This document shows positions 1 through 9,224 of a stretch of DNA of 64,000 nucleotides, one piece after another. Numbering within the stretch: the stretch's first letter is position 1; the number at the start of each line of letters is the position of its first letter. The DNA comes from Candidatus Daviesbacteria bacterium (GTDB lineage Bacteria; Patescibacteriota; Microgenomatia; Daviesbacterales; UBA10151), in NCBI GenBank assembly GCA_016184225.1, contig JACPDA010000004.1, forward strand, positions 538,763 through 602,762, written 5' to 3'. Under the pieces are notes generated by a model that saw only the letters and a list, made by a program, of their open reading frames with translations, did no database searches and was not told the origin of the DNA. The position numbers and the translations under genes were made by a program.

Positions 1-40
1 GGTCTAGGGGATAGGGTTTTAGGGGATAGTGCAGTTAGCC

Positions 41-53
41 CACCTTCGAGGTG
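41..53. repeat. REP core copy (CACCTTCGAGGTG)
   Basis: Exact 13-nt palindrome preceded by gttagcc, near the window start. Confidence 0.6.
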
Positions 54-122
54 TTGTTAAATGGGTTGTGCAGAAGCAGTTGCAGGGGGACAATAAACCA
101 TCATTTTTGTTAAAATAGATGG

Positions 123-1355
123 GTGAGAGCAATTTTAAGACAAACATCCTGGCTTTTTTTTGCCCAGGTTCTAACCCGCGGTATTGGTTTTTTCTATATT
201 ATTTATTTGGCCAGGACTTTAGGGGTTTCTGATTTTGGTTTACTGACCGCTGCCCTGGCTTATTTTTCCATTCTTTCTTCTGTAGCTGATTTTGGCTTAA
301 ACAGGTTTCTAATCAGGGAAGTTGCAAGAGATAGATCAAAAGCGCCGGAGCTGCTTTGGAATGTTGCCATGTTAAGGGTGACTCTCACTTCAATCTTTTT
401 TGCTATTTTTTCCGTTATTCTTTATTTGCTTGACCCGGATAAAATGAGAGTTAGCCTGATCCTTTTGGCCGGTCTGGCAATTTTACCCCAGGCCATTGCT
501 TTTAGCTTTGACGCCGTTTTTGTAGCAGTTCAGAGATTACAATTTTCTGCCGCTGCACTTTTGGTTTCATCCTTGGCTACAGCCTTAGTTGGTTTGTATT
601 TGGTAGGGAAAGGTTTTGGCCCGTTGGGTGCCGTGAATGCTTTGATTATCGGACAAGTTGTATATGCGGCTATTTTAATTATTTTTCTAATAAAGAGAGA
701 AAGATTAGTTTTGTCGGCAATTAATTTAACCGAAATGAAAAAAATAGTAGTAGGATCCTTGCCTTATGGCCTGCTTAGCGTATTAGGTTTGCTTTATTTT
801 AGGATAGATGCCATTCTGCTTTCCTACTTAAGGGGGAATTTTGAAACGGGTCTATATGGGGCAGCTTACAGATTCCTGGAGGCTGTCACCTTTATTCCTT
901 CGGCATTTTCAATGGCACTGCTTCCGGTACTGGCCAGAGCGCATGAAACTTCTGCAAAAGATGTCAGGCAGTTATATTTTAAATCTTTTAAGATAATGTT
1001 AGGGTTGGGTTTGGTAGTGTTTTTGGGGTATGTTTTAGTTTTGCCTGAGATTATTAAAATTGTATTACCCAATTATTTATCATCAATTTTGGTAATCAAG
1101 ATTCTATCTTTGTCCATCCCTTTTATGTTTATCCATGTCCCGGCTGTTTCCGTGTTACTTTCCACAGATAAATATTTAAAGCATGTCTTAATTTTATCGA
1201 TGCTGGCTTTAACTTTTAATATAGCAGCCAACTTAGCCTTTATCCCCCGGTTTGGTTTTATAGCAGCCTCCTGGGTGACGGTGGCATCGGAAATTTTATC
1301 TTTTACTATCTTTTTTAGGTTGGTCAAGGTTAAAATATTGGATAAATCAAAATGA
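123..1355 (+). CDS. Polysaccharide biosynthesis / oligosaccharide flippase (Wzx/MurJ-like MATE-fold membrane protein)
   Basis: 410-aa multi-TM protein. Its N-terminal region resembles the polysaccharide biosynthesis protein family. First gene of a glycan cluster. Confidence 0.55.
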   Translation: MRAILRQTSWLFFAQVLTRGIGFFYIIYLARTLGVSDFGLLTAALAYFSILSSVADFGLNRFLIREVARDRSKAPELLWNVAMLRVTLTSIFFAIFSVILYLLDPDKMRVSLILLAGLAILPQAIAFSFDAVFVAVQRLQFSAAALLVSSLATALVGLYLVGKGFGPLGAVNALIIGQVVYAAILIIFLIKRERLVLSAINLTEMKKIVVGSLPYGLLSVLGLLYFRIDAILLSYLRGNFETGLYGAAYRFLEAVTFIPSAFSMALLPVLARAHETSAKDVRQLYFKSFKIMLGLGLVVFLGYVLVLPEIIKIVLPNYLSSILVIKILSLSIPFMFIHVPAVSVLLSTDKYLKHVLILSMLALTFNIAANLAFIPRFGFIAASWVTVASEILSFTIFFRLVKVKILDKSK

Positions 1356-2038
1356 GTGTTTATGAGCAAATTTTTAAAAAATACGGACTTTCCCCTACCC
1401 AGCAGAAAATCCTGGAAATAGTCGGTAAAGGAAAAAAAGTTTTAGAGATAGGGTCATCCACCGGTTATATGACCAGGGCTTTTTTGGAGCAGGGCTGTAT
1501 TGTTGATGTAGTGGAGTTTAACAAGCAGGCTGTTACTAAACTGCCAAAAAATGTCAGGAAAATATTTGATACTTCTATAGAAGATAGTGAAATTTACAAG
1601 AAACTGGGGGACTATGAATTTATAGTGATGGCAGATGTGCTGGAGCATCTGGTTAGACCTGAGAAAGTGTTAAAAGGGCTGGCAAGGATTGCTTCCTCCA
1701 ATACCAAGTTATTGATCTCGCTTCCTAATATTGCCAGCTGGGTTATGAGGAAACAGTTATTTTTTAGGGGAGATTTCCAGTATCAGGAGAGTGGACTTTT
1801 AGATAAGACCCATTTGCATTTTTATACTGTTAATACCTTGACAAAACTGCTTTCGAAAAATGGCTGGAAAGTCGGCACGGTTATAGGTACGATTACCCAA
1901 TTACCTTTTGAGGGATTGATTAGTAAAATACCGGTATTCGGGTGGATTTTTAAAAAGACGTTGTACCAAAAGTTAGTTGACCGGTATAGAAATTTGGCAT
2001 ATTATCATTTTTTGGTTGTTGCTCTTCAGAATGAATAA
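1352..2038 (+). CDS. Class I SAM-dependent methyltransferase
   Basis: Motif I VLEIGSSTGYMT and an acidic motif VVEF. ATGA overlap with the upstream gene. Confidence 0.6.
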   Translation: MSVYEQIFKKYGLSPTQQKILEIVGKGKKVLEIGSSTGYMTRAFLEQGCIVDVVEFNKQAVTKLPKNVRKIFDTSIEDSEIYKKLGDYEFIVMADVLEHLVRPEKVLKGLARIASSNTKLLISLPNIASWVMRKQLFFRGDFQYQESGLLDKTHLHFYTVNTLTKLLSKNGWKVGTVIGTITQLPFEGLISKIPVFGWIFKKTLYQKLVDRYRNLAYYHFLVVALQNE

Positions 2039-3023
2039 AATACAAACCTCAGTAATTATTCCAAATTGGAACGGACGTAAGTTGCTGGAAGATTGTTTCA
2101 ATTCATTAGCTGAACAAACTTTTGAAGACTTTGAAATAATTTTGGTTGATAACGGGTCAACAGATAATTCACTGGAATATGTTAAAAATCATTTTCCCCG
2201 GGTCAGAGTAATTTCTTTAGGGAAAAATTTTGGGTTTGCCAGGGCTATCAATGAAGGGGTTAGGGCATCAAATGCGGAATATGTGGTCTTTTTAAATAAT
2301 GATACCAGTGTTGATAAAAAGTTCCTGGAAGAATTGGTTGAATGTGCTGATTCCCATCCTGAGGTCGTTTCCGTTAATTCAAAACTGCTAAATTTTTATG
2401 ACAAAGAATTGATAGATGGTGTGGGAATTTTAATAAATGAAGTTGGACAGGCCAGATCAATAGGTTGGCGGGAAAAGGATAAGGGGCAGTACGATAGCGA
2501 GCAATATATTTTTGGGGCAACAGGCGGAGCGTCTCTTTTTAGAAGAGAAGATTTTATTAAGGTAGGTCTGCCGGCTGGCGGATTTGATGAAAAATATTTT
2601 TTGTACTCGGAAGAAGTTGACTTTGCCTTTCGAGCCCAGTTTTTAGGGTACAAGTCAATCTATTGCCCTCAGGCAATTGTTTACCATAAACATAAAGCAA
2701 CCTCTAGGAAATTGCCTGCCCATATCGAGTATTGGCAATTTAGGAATATGACCCAAACTATTATTAAGGATTTTCCGGCCGGTATTTTATTTAAAAATTG
2801 GCGGTGGTTAAAAATAATTTTAGTGCACATAAATACTATTTTTTACCAACTAAAAAACGGATTTTGGTGGCCTCCATTTTCAGCAGACCTTTGGATTTTG
2901 TTCCACTTGCCACAACTTCTCCATGAGAGAAAAAGGATTCAGTCAAGCAGGAAAGTGAGTGATGAATATATAGAAAGTTTTTTGACAGAGAAGAAAGTTA
3001 CTTTTTGGGGCTTATGGAAATGA
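2031..3023 (+). CDS. Glycosyltransferase family 2
   Basis: SVIIPNWNG...DFEIILVDNGSTDNS and a DxD-like NNDTSV. Start moved to the internal Met MNKIQTSV so that only the 3' end of the methyltransferase gene is overlapped. Confidence 0.7.
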   Translation: MNKIQTSVIIPNWNGRKLLEDCFNSLAEQTFEDFEIILVDNGSTDNSLEYVKNHFPRVRVISLGKNFGFARAINEGVRASNAEYVVFLNNDTSVDKKFLEELVECADSHPEVVSVNSKLLNFYDKELIDGVGILINEVGQARSIGWREKDKGQYDSEQYIFGATGGASLFRREDFIKVGLPAGGFDEKYFLYSEEVDFAFRAQFLGYKSIYCPQAIVYHKHKATSRKLPAHIEYWQFRNMTQTIIKDFPAGILFKNWRWLKIILVHINTIFYQLKNGFWWPPFSADLWILFHLPQLLHERKRIQSSRKVSDEYIESFLTEKKVTFWGLWK

Positions 3024-4167
3024 GTAATATCCAAGCCAGTATCGGCGGATAAAAAAGGCTGTTGGCAAAAAGGGAGTGGATCAGGAGCCCGGCAAGTCCG
3101 GTAATTAAATATAAATTTTTCCCATCTGAGGATTTGAAGATAGTCCAGAGAAAATACAGATAAGCCACTAGTCCCAAAATGCCGGTGGTTGATGCAACAA
3201 ATAGTAGGGAGGAGTCATTGCTTGATGAACCGTGGCTTTGTAAAAATTGTTCATCCCCCAGTTGATATTTTTTTAAGGCATACCGGTAACTGTTAAAGCC
3301 TACCCCTAAAATTGGATTAGATTTAAAAAGTATTAAGCCTTGTTGCCAGGTGTTGACCCGGGAGGAGGCTGATTGGGCCCGGTCAATGTTGCGGGGGGTG
3401 GTTACCAGTTGACTATAAATTTGAAATCCTAATAACAGGATGACAAAAAGTATTATGGTGGAAAGAAAGTATAGTCTGGATTTTTTTAAAAAAGAAAGAG
3501 TCATGCCGCTTATTAAAAACATTAAATAACTGGATCTGGAAAAGGTAGTTAAAAGGGCAAAGTAGGTAATGGTAAAAAAAATACAAAAAACCCTAGGTGT
3601 CCTACCTGGGCCACCTCCCAGGTGGGATTGGATAAGAAGAATTAAAGTTAAGGTTAGAACCAAGAAAGCGCCGGCGAAGTTAGGATCCAAAAAAGTTGAA
3701 ACAGTCCTAAAGTAGTGGGGGTCCCATCCGGCTATGGTTAAGAAATTCAAATCAGGAAAAAATATAAACTGCAAAAGCCCCAGGGTTGCAAAGGAAATCC
3801 CGGAAAGTAAAAAAACTTTACCCAAATTCTTTCGCAGATCACCAAAGGCGTCGGAAAAGATGAGCCAGGCAAAAAAGACATAGAGGAAGAGTCTGACAGT
3901 ATAAGAAAAACTTAAAAGATATTCAGAAAGGGTTAGGCGTAAAGGGGTAAGGAGTAATGAAATAACTGCAATGAAAATAAAAATAAAAGCCGCAATAATT
4001 TGAGGAGGAGGTTTTTGAAGATGAAACCTTTGCTTTAAAAACCCCACCATACAAAATAAAGCAACGGTAATATCTAAAGCTGTTACGCCGTGTGTTCCTA
4101 TAGGTATCCTGATTAATTGACCGGCTGCAGTGGCAAATGCTAGAATCGAAATCAAAGATAAAGTCAT
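2998..4167 (-). CDS. O-antigen ligase / polymerase-like (Wzy/WaaL family) membrane protein
   Basis: 389-aa protein with about 10 TM segments and a large periplasmic loop, as in the O-antigen ligase domain family. Confidence 0.45.
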   Translation of the reverse strand: MTLSLISILAFATAAGQLIRIPIGTHGVTALDITVALFCMVGFLKQRFHLQKPPPQIIAAFIFIFIAVISLLLTPLRLTLSEYLLSFSYTVRLFLYVFFAWLIFSDAFGDLRKNLGKVFLLSGISFATLGLLQFIFFPDLNFLTIAGWDPHYFRTVSTFLDPNFAGAFLVLTLTLILLIQSHLGGGPGRTPRVFCIFFTITYFALLTTFSRSSYLMFLISGMTLSFLKKSRLYFLSTIILFVILLLGFQIYSQLVTTPRNIDRAQSASSRVNTWQQGLILFKSNPILGVGFNSYRYALKKYQLGDEQFLQSHGSSSNDSSLLFVASTTGILGLVAYLYFLWTIFKSSDGKNLYLITGLAGLLIHSLFANSLFYPPILAWILLISISPKK

Positions 4168-4168
4168 T

Positions 4169-5230
4169 ATGAAATTATATTCTAATATAAATTATTTTTT
4201 TGTTATTTGGTTGGCAGTGATACTTTTAAGTTTTTATTTAGGCTTTTCCACTTTACCACATTCCGGAAAATTTGATAACAATTTTTGGGCAAGTTTTTCT
4301 AATTGGGACGGCGGGCATTACTTGGGGATTGCCAAAGAGGGTTACAGTGAAAAATTCCAGTATGCATTTTTCCCTCTTTACTCCTTGGTGATTAAGTTAC
4401 TCAACCTTCTAATCCAGAATTATTTAGCAGCAGCGATTTTAATAAGTTTAATATCAACTTTTTTAGGGCTGCATATTTTGTATAAGTTAGTTGCCGCGGA
4501 TTTTGGAAGAAAAATTGCCGGGAAAACAGCGCTGGCTTTTTTGTTTTTTCCAACGTCCTTTTTCTTATTGGTTGTCTATTCTGAAGGGTTATTCTTTTTT
4601 CTGACAGTTTTAACATTTTATTTTTTAAGGCAGAATAAATTATTTTGGGCTACGGTTATTGTTGCCTTGGTTTCTGCCACCAGGCTGGTGGGCTTGGCAG
4701 TAGTGGTAGCTTTATGGATTGATGTTTTAACAAGGCAGGGATTAAACAGAAAGAATTGGTATATTTTATTTGCCCCTTTAGGGTTTATTGCCTACAGCAT
4801 TTTTCTATATAACCAAACAGGGGATCCCTTTTACTTTATAACTGCTGAAAACTATTGGCAAAGGTCGTTGACTACTCCGGGGGCCGGATTTTGGGAAACG
4901 CTAAAGAGTATTATTAACGGGGGACTACCGGCCTTAAATTTCAAGGTGTTTTTGGATTTAATTTTTGCCATATTCGGAGTCGGTTTTGCCATCCGGGCTT
5001 TCCGGTTTTTGGCACCTTCTTTTGCAATCTATAGTTTATTATCAGTTAGTATTCCGCTTTTTACCCCGACGCTTTCTTCTATGCCGAGATTTTTGCTACC
5101 CGTATTTCCGCTGTTTATTTTGGTGGCCCTGATTAAAAATTCTTATCTGCAACTTGCTTTCCAGATGTTTTTCCTGATGTGGCTGGGAATTTTTACTGCA
5201 CTTTTTGCCGCCGGTTATTGGGTATCTTAG
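4169..5230 (+). CDS. Integral membrane protein, possible GT-C-type glycosyltransferase
   Basis: Multi-TM protein. Start placed at the internal Met (MKLYSN) to avoid a divergent overlap. Lies in the glycan cluster. Confidence 0.35.
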   Translation: MKLYSNINYFFVIWLAVILLSFYLGFSTLPHSGKFDNNFWASFSNWDGGHYLGIAKEGYSEKFQYAFFPLYSLVIKLLNLLIQNYLAAAILISLISTFLGLHILYKLVAADFGRKIAGKTALAFLFFPTSFFLLVVYSEGLFFFLTVLTFYFLRQNKLFWATVIVALVSATRLVGLAVVVALWIDVLTRQGLNRKNWYILFAPLGFIAYSIFLYNQTGDPFYFITAENYWQRSLTTPGAGFWETLKSIINGGLPALNFKVFLDLIFAIFGVGFAIRAFRFLAPSFAIYSLLSVSIPLFTPTLSSMPRFLLPVFPLFILVALIKNSYLQLAFQMFFLMWLGIFTALFAAGYWVS

Positions 5231-5233
5231 GTC

Positions 5234-5965
5234 TTAAAGAGTGTAGGTAACTCTTCTTTGTTCCTCGGAAGTATTAGAGGCTTTGTCTACGGCTTTGATG
5301 GAAATAATATTGTCCCCTTCATTTAAGGGTTGTTCTAGGGCGAAATTGCCTTCCGAGTTGACAATAACCTGAGTGCCGCTTACAAAAACACTGGCACCTG
5401 GTTCTGTCTTGCCTGAGACTTTTACTTTCTTGTCTCCGCCCTGGATTTTTTTGTTATCCTCCGGTTCGCTGATACTCAATGCTGGTTTTTCATTATCAAA
5501 AATAAGTTTTATTAATTTGGAAGGCAAGCTTTCGTTTTTCTTTTCATCCAAGGTTTTTCCATAGATATTATTGGTGCCTAAGTTTAAGGAAACTTCTTTA
5601 AAAATGAAGCTGCCATCAGGGGCAGAGGCAACAATATCTTTGGGTTCATCATCTACATAAAGCCGGACTTTTGAGTTTGGGGATGTAAAACCTTTAATAT
5701 CTATTTGGGAAGAGGCGGTTGCTTCATAAGGGATATTCAATACCGGTGGAGCCAGAGTTAAATTATCGTTTAAGCTAGATTCAGATTTTTTGGCAGGATT
5801 CAGGATGTTTGTAAGAAAACCAAGACCGCCTATAAAGTTGGGTAAAATCCAGGTTAGGGTAAAATAAGAAAGGATAACTACTAAGATTATAGTTATCAGG
5901 AATTTCCGCCTGCTTTTACGGGCTAACCTCCTGACGGATCTTCTGGAATGATACCTGTATGCCAT
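5234..5965 (-). CDS. Membrane-anchored protein with Ig-like/Big-type beta domains
   Basis: Basic N-terminus, a single TM helix, then beta-rich repeats. Confidence 0.35.
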   Translation of the reverse strand: MAYRYHSRRSVRRLARKSRRKFLITIILVVILSYFTLTWILPNFIGGLGFLTNILNPAKKSESSLNDNLTLAPPVLNIPYEATASSQIDIKGFTSPNSKVRLYVDDEPKDIVASAPDGSFIFKEVSLNLGTNNIYGKTLDEKKNESLPSKLIKLIFDNEKPALSISEPEDNKKIQGGDKKVKVSGKTEPGASVFVSGTQVIVNSEGNFALEQPLNEGDNIISIKAVDKASNTSEEQRRVTYTL

Positions 5966-6009
5966 AGCAGTCTAAAGTATACCAAAATCTGGTAAAATGT
6001 GGTTTGTTT

Positions 6010-6080
6010 GCGGGGTTAGTACACCGGTAGTATGCCACCTTCCCAAGGTGGAGAAGCGAGTTCAATTCTCGTACCCCGCT
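6010..6080 (+). tRNA. tRNA-Gly (anticodon CCC)
   Basis: Cloverleaf folded by hand. Acceptor GCGGGGT/ACCCCGC. Anticodon stem CCACC/GGTGG with loop TTCCCAA. T-loop TTCAATT. CCA not encoded. Confidence 0.75.
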
Positions 6081-6159
6081 CATCGCCTCGTCTTTTTGAA
6101 CTTTGGTATAAAGAAGAATTTTCCAACAACTATGAAGCTTTTATGGAGAAGAAAATATC

Positions 6160-6879
6160 TTAAAATATCAAGTCGTAAATGAACTTGATTCCTATAAGCA
6201 GTATTGCTATTAAAATTACTTTTTTAAATTTAGCCTGCGGTATTTTTTGAAGAAGTTGCTTTCCTGTAAATGATCCTGTAAGTGCAAGGACAAGTAGTAT
6301 AGGTAAATACCAGTAATACTTACTGTTAAGGAATCCTTGACTAAAGTAGATAGGTATTCGCGTGATGTCAACGGCAAGAGCGATTGCAGCAGCAGTAGCA
6401 ATATATTTCTCTTTTGGGAGATTAAACCCAACAAGGAAAGCCGCTCTTAGAGGCCCACCTGTGCCAATAAGTCCTGCAAGAAAGCCAGATATAGCTCCTC
6501 CTATAATTGAAATGATGGCAGAACCTCGCATAGAAAAATTCTCTTTCCATAATGAAAATAGCGCATAGATAGCGAGAAATAATCCTAACATGCCTTTGAG
6601 TATGTCTTGGGATATGTAGGCTACAAGCATTGCTCCAACAAGAGTGAAGATAACGCTTGGCAAGCCAAATTTTATAAGTAAAGTTTTATCTAAACCTGTT
6701 TTAAAAAAACTTATCCTTCCAATATTGCCGATAATATGGAAAAAGGCAACCAAAACCAAGGCAGTACGAAAGTCAAAAAACAGTAGTGCAAGAGGAAGAA
6801 ATATAGTTGACGAACCGAAGCCAGCCATTGTTCCAATAATTTCCGCTAGAAATGCAAAGAAGAAAAATAGAAGATTCAC
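6160..6879 (-). CDS. Sulfite exporter TauE/SafE (TSUP) family permease
   Basis: MNLLFFFFAFLAEIIGTMAGFGSSTIFLPLALLFF signature, two internal repeats with GTGG motifs. Confidence 0.75.
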   Translation of the reverse strand: MNLLFFFFAFLAEIIGTMAGFGSSTIFLPLALLFFDFRTALVLVAFFHIIGNIGRISFFKTGLDKTLLIKFGLPSVIFTLVGAMLVAYISQDILKGMLGLFLAIYALFSLWKENFSMRGSAIISIIGGAISGFLAGLIGTGGPLRAAFLVGFNLPKEKYIATAAAIALAVDITRIPIYFSQGFLNSKYYWYLPILLVLALTGSFTGKQLLQKIPQAKFKKVILIAILLIGIKFIYDLIF

Positions 6880-6910
6880 TTATTTAGTTTAGCATAGGTG
6901 ATAACAAAAA

Positions 6911-8431
6911 TTATTGGGTTTTGAAGATATAGGTAGTGAAGCCGCCGGATTTTAGGATTGTGGCATCTTTGGTATCGAAGCTTACCGGCACCCTGGATTC
7001 GGAAAAGATGACAGTATATTTGATTGGTTTGTTAGTTATTTCAGATTGATATAACCAACCCATGCCCTGATCTGAGTCACTTCTTTCCGGTTTTTTGCCG
7101 TTTACTATGAATAGATATCTCCAGCCTTCATAAAAGTGACACAGTCCGGTTTGTTTAAGCTCAAATGGTTCATTGTTTATATAGGTGATTACCTGTTTAA
7201 TCAAGGAATTTTTCACTCCCAGGCCGAATTCCGGTTTATTGGTTAGAACAGTATAGGTTCCGAGAATAGCTGCTAAGAAAACTACCAAAATGATCGTCGG
7301 CTTAAATCTGGTAAAGTAATCTGTCAATATCCCAGGCAGAAACATTAACAGCGGGAATACTCCCAAAAGGTAATATTCAAAAGCTCCGCCGGGAAAAAGT
7401 AAAAATGCTGCCATCAATGTAATTAAAAATAAAGCCAGCAGAGTATGGGCATCTTTTTTCCAGGTTTTTCTATTAATTAGGAAAAGAAGTAAGAAAGCTA
7501 ACCCTATTAGTGATAGCCAAACAGGAGGGGTAAACCTTTGGGAAATGCCGGCTACTTTTGGATTGCCTATTCTGGAGCTATCAGTACAGGAGGTGATGAC
7601 CTCGTCGGCATTGACACTGGGAGCTTGTATAAACCACACTCTGCCCAGCACTTGGAATAAAGCCGGTAAATGCTGGCCGGGGTTGACTTGGTTTCTATAG
7701 TCAGCGGTAATTTCCTTATATCTTAGTGGAGTGGTGATATTTGAGCCTTTATGAAAATAATCAAAAGCAATGAGAGGTGCCAGCATTATTAGAAAGGTGG
7801 CTAAGGATAAAAGTATGATTTTCCCTGATGGTCTGATTTTTTGTCTAACCAGCCAATAGCCGGCTATAAATATCACCGGGATCAGGGAAAGATGCGTATG
7901 GAAAACCAGGCCATAACTGGCGGCAAACAAAATTAACCATCCGGGATTTTGCTTTGTCTTAAAAAGAGACAGTAATAGAAGAAGAGATAAAAGGGGAATT
8001 AAGGTAGGGTTCCAGTATTTTTGGTCAAAAAAGACCATTAAAGGAAGGGTGGCATAAAGCAAACCTGCAAAAAGACCGGTCTTCCTTCCAAAAAGAGAAC
8101 TGCCTGTTAGAATGATTAGTAGGGTTGTTAAAACACCTATAGCTGATGAAACATAGCCGGTGATTAAGGGGTTTCCCTGGGAGAGCCATAACCAAAAAGC
8201 AGAAAAGTAAGTCCAGTAAGGACCAAGGTAAAAGCCTAAGTGGGCTGCATTTACTCCCACCCAGATAATATGAAAGTCTTTAACTAAGCTTTGGGCCAGA
8301 GTAGCCTGATATTCTTCATCTCCGGCAAAGATGAAACTATTGGGCAGGTTATAAAAACGCAGGGATGCGGAAATAATAAGAATCAGGAGAATACTGATTT
8401 TTAGCTTGGAAAACCTAGAAATTTTAAACAT
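6911..8431 (-). CDS. GT39/ArnT-like (PMT family) membrane glycosyltransferase
   Basis: N-terminal DE motif (FAGDEEY), about 11 TM segments and a C-terminal soluble domain. ORF trimmed to the internal Met MFKISRF because the longer ORF runs into tRNA-Thr. Confidence 0.55.
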   Translation of the reverse strand: MFKISRFSKLKISILLILIISASLRFYNLPNSFIFAGDEEYQATLAQSLVKDFHIIWVGVNAAHLGFYLGPYWTYFSAFWLWLSQGNPLITGYVSSAIGVLTTLLIILTGSSLFGRKTGLFAGLLYATLPLMVFFDQKYWNPTLIPLLSLLLLLSLFKTKQNPGWLILFAASYGLVFHTHLSLIPVIFIAGYWLVRQKIRPSGKIILLSLATFLIMLAPLIAFDYFHKGSNITTPLRYKEITADYRNQVNPGQHLPALFQVLGRVWFIQAPSVNADEVITSCTDSSRIGNPKVAGISQRFTPPVWLSLIGLAFLLLFLINRKTWKKDAHTLLALFLITLMAAFLLFPGGAFEYYLLGVFPLLMFLPGILTDYFTRFKPTIILVVFLAAILGTYTVLTNKPEFGLGVKNSLIKQVITYINNEPFELKQTGLCHFYEGWRYLFIVNGKKPERSDSDQGMGWLYQSEITNKPIKYTVIFSESRVPVSFDTKDATILKSGGFTTYIFKTQ

Positions 8432-8484
8432 AAGCAATATTATATATGCTTTTTTGTTAAAATATGTGCAGTACAGATTGTTAA

Positions 8485-8560
8485 GCCGAAGTAGCTCAGT
8501 TGGTAGAGCGGCGGTATCGTAAACCGTAGGTCGTGGGTTCAAATCCCACCTTCGGCTCCA
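8485..8560 (+). tRNA. tRNA-Thr (anticodon CGT), CCA encoded
   Basis: Acceptor GCCGAAG/CTTCGGC. D-arm GCTC/GAGC. Anticodon loop ATCGTAA. T-arm GTGGG TTCAAAT CCCAC. Ends with CCA. Confidence 0.8.
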
Positions 8561-8659
8561 AGTTGGTCAGAAGAGCGACGGTTCGTTCATAGTCGTATGA
8601 CTATGCTTTGCGAAGCAAAGTCCCGTCCACCGGCTCATTGATGACATGAGCTACTTTTT

Positions 8660-8947
8660 TTATGCTGAAATAATTTTCTGTTCGATTTTCTCTACTCTAT
8701 TTTCTAACTTATCATATTCTTCTCTAGTTGGAGTATCGTCTTCCAGATACGCAAGTTGCTTGCCTATCTTATCAATTCTCTCATGGGTACCATCAATACG
8801 TCTATTAACCTCTTCAAAACGTTTATTAACCTCTTCAAACCCTTTGTCTACTTTTCTCTCCAGCTTACCAACTTTCTCTAGTACTTCTTGTCTGAAGGAG
8901 CTTTGGCCGTTTATAATAGCCTGAAGCATTTTATGTGTATCATTCAT
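8660..8947 (-). CDS. Small coiled-coil protein (paralog of the 18825..19139 gene)
   Basis: 95-aa protein rich in heptad-like E/K/R. Its C-terminal half aligns with the 104-aa ORF downstream of obg (VNRRIDGTHERI / INDRLDANTRAV, and LENRVEKIEQK / MEKRVETLEDK). Confidence 0.45.
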   Translation of the reverse strand: MNDTHKMLQAIINGQSSFRQEVLEKVGKLERKVDKGFEEVNKRFEEVNRRIDGTHERIDKIGKQLAYLEDDTPTREEYDKLENRVEKIEQKIISA

Positions 8948-9014
8948 AGTTTCAGTTTATATCAACAAGTTTGCTATTTCAATGGATACTTTGTAGTACA
9001 ATTTAAATCAATTT

Positions 9015-9168
9015 GGTGATAAAGACTGCAAAACAATTTATAACAGAATTTACAAAATGGGCTGAAAGCCAGAAGGAAATTTTGGCTGTTTTATTAGTTG
9101 GTTCATATGCCAGAGATGATGTCGGAGGAGAAAGGCATTTAATAATTCTGGCAGAGAAAATACAGTAA
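9015..9168 (+). pseudogene. Truncated minimal nucleotidyltransferase (MNT) fragment
   Basis: Translates to VIKTAKQFITEFTKWAESQKEILAVLLVGSYARDDVGGERHLIILAEKIQ, i.e. only the N-terminal GS-x9-DxD half of a pol-beta-like nucleotidyltransferase, then a stop. Confidence 0.45.
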
Positions 9169-9224
9169 ATTTCCTAGGTGTCAATAGAAATCCACCTCCC
9201 AGGTGGGCAAGTAGACATACCTAT

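Noticed and set aside
3612-9208. Exact 16-nt match ccacctcccaggtggg at 3612 (inside the O-antigen-ligase-like gene) and 9193 (intergenic)
   Set aside because: A single 16-mer coincidence is about what chance predicts for 64 kb on two strands. No flanking similarity.
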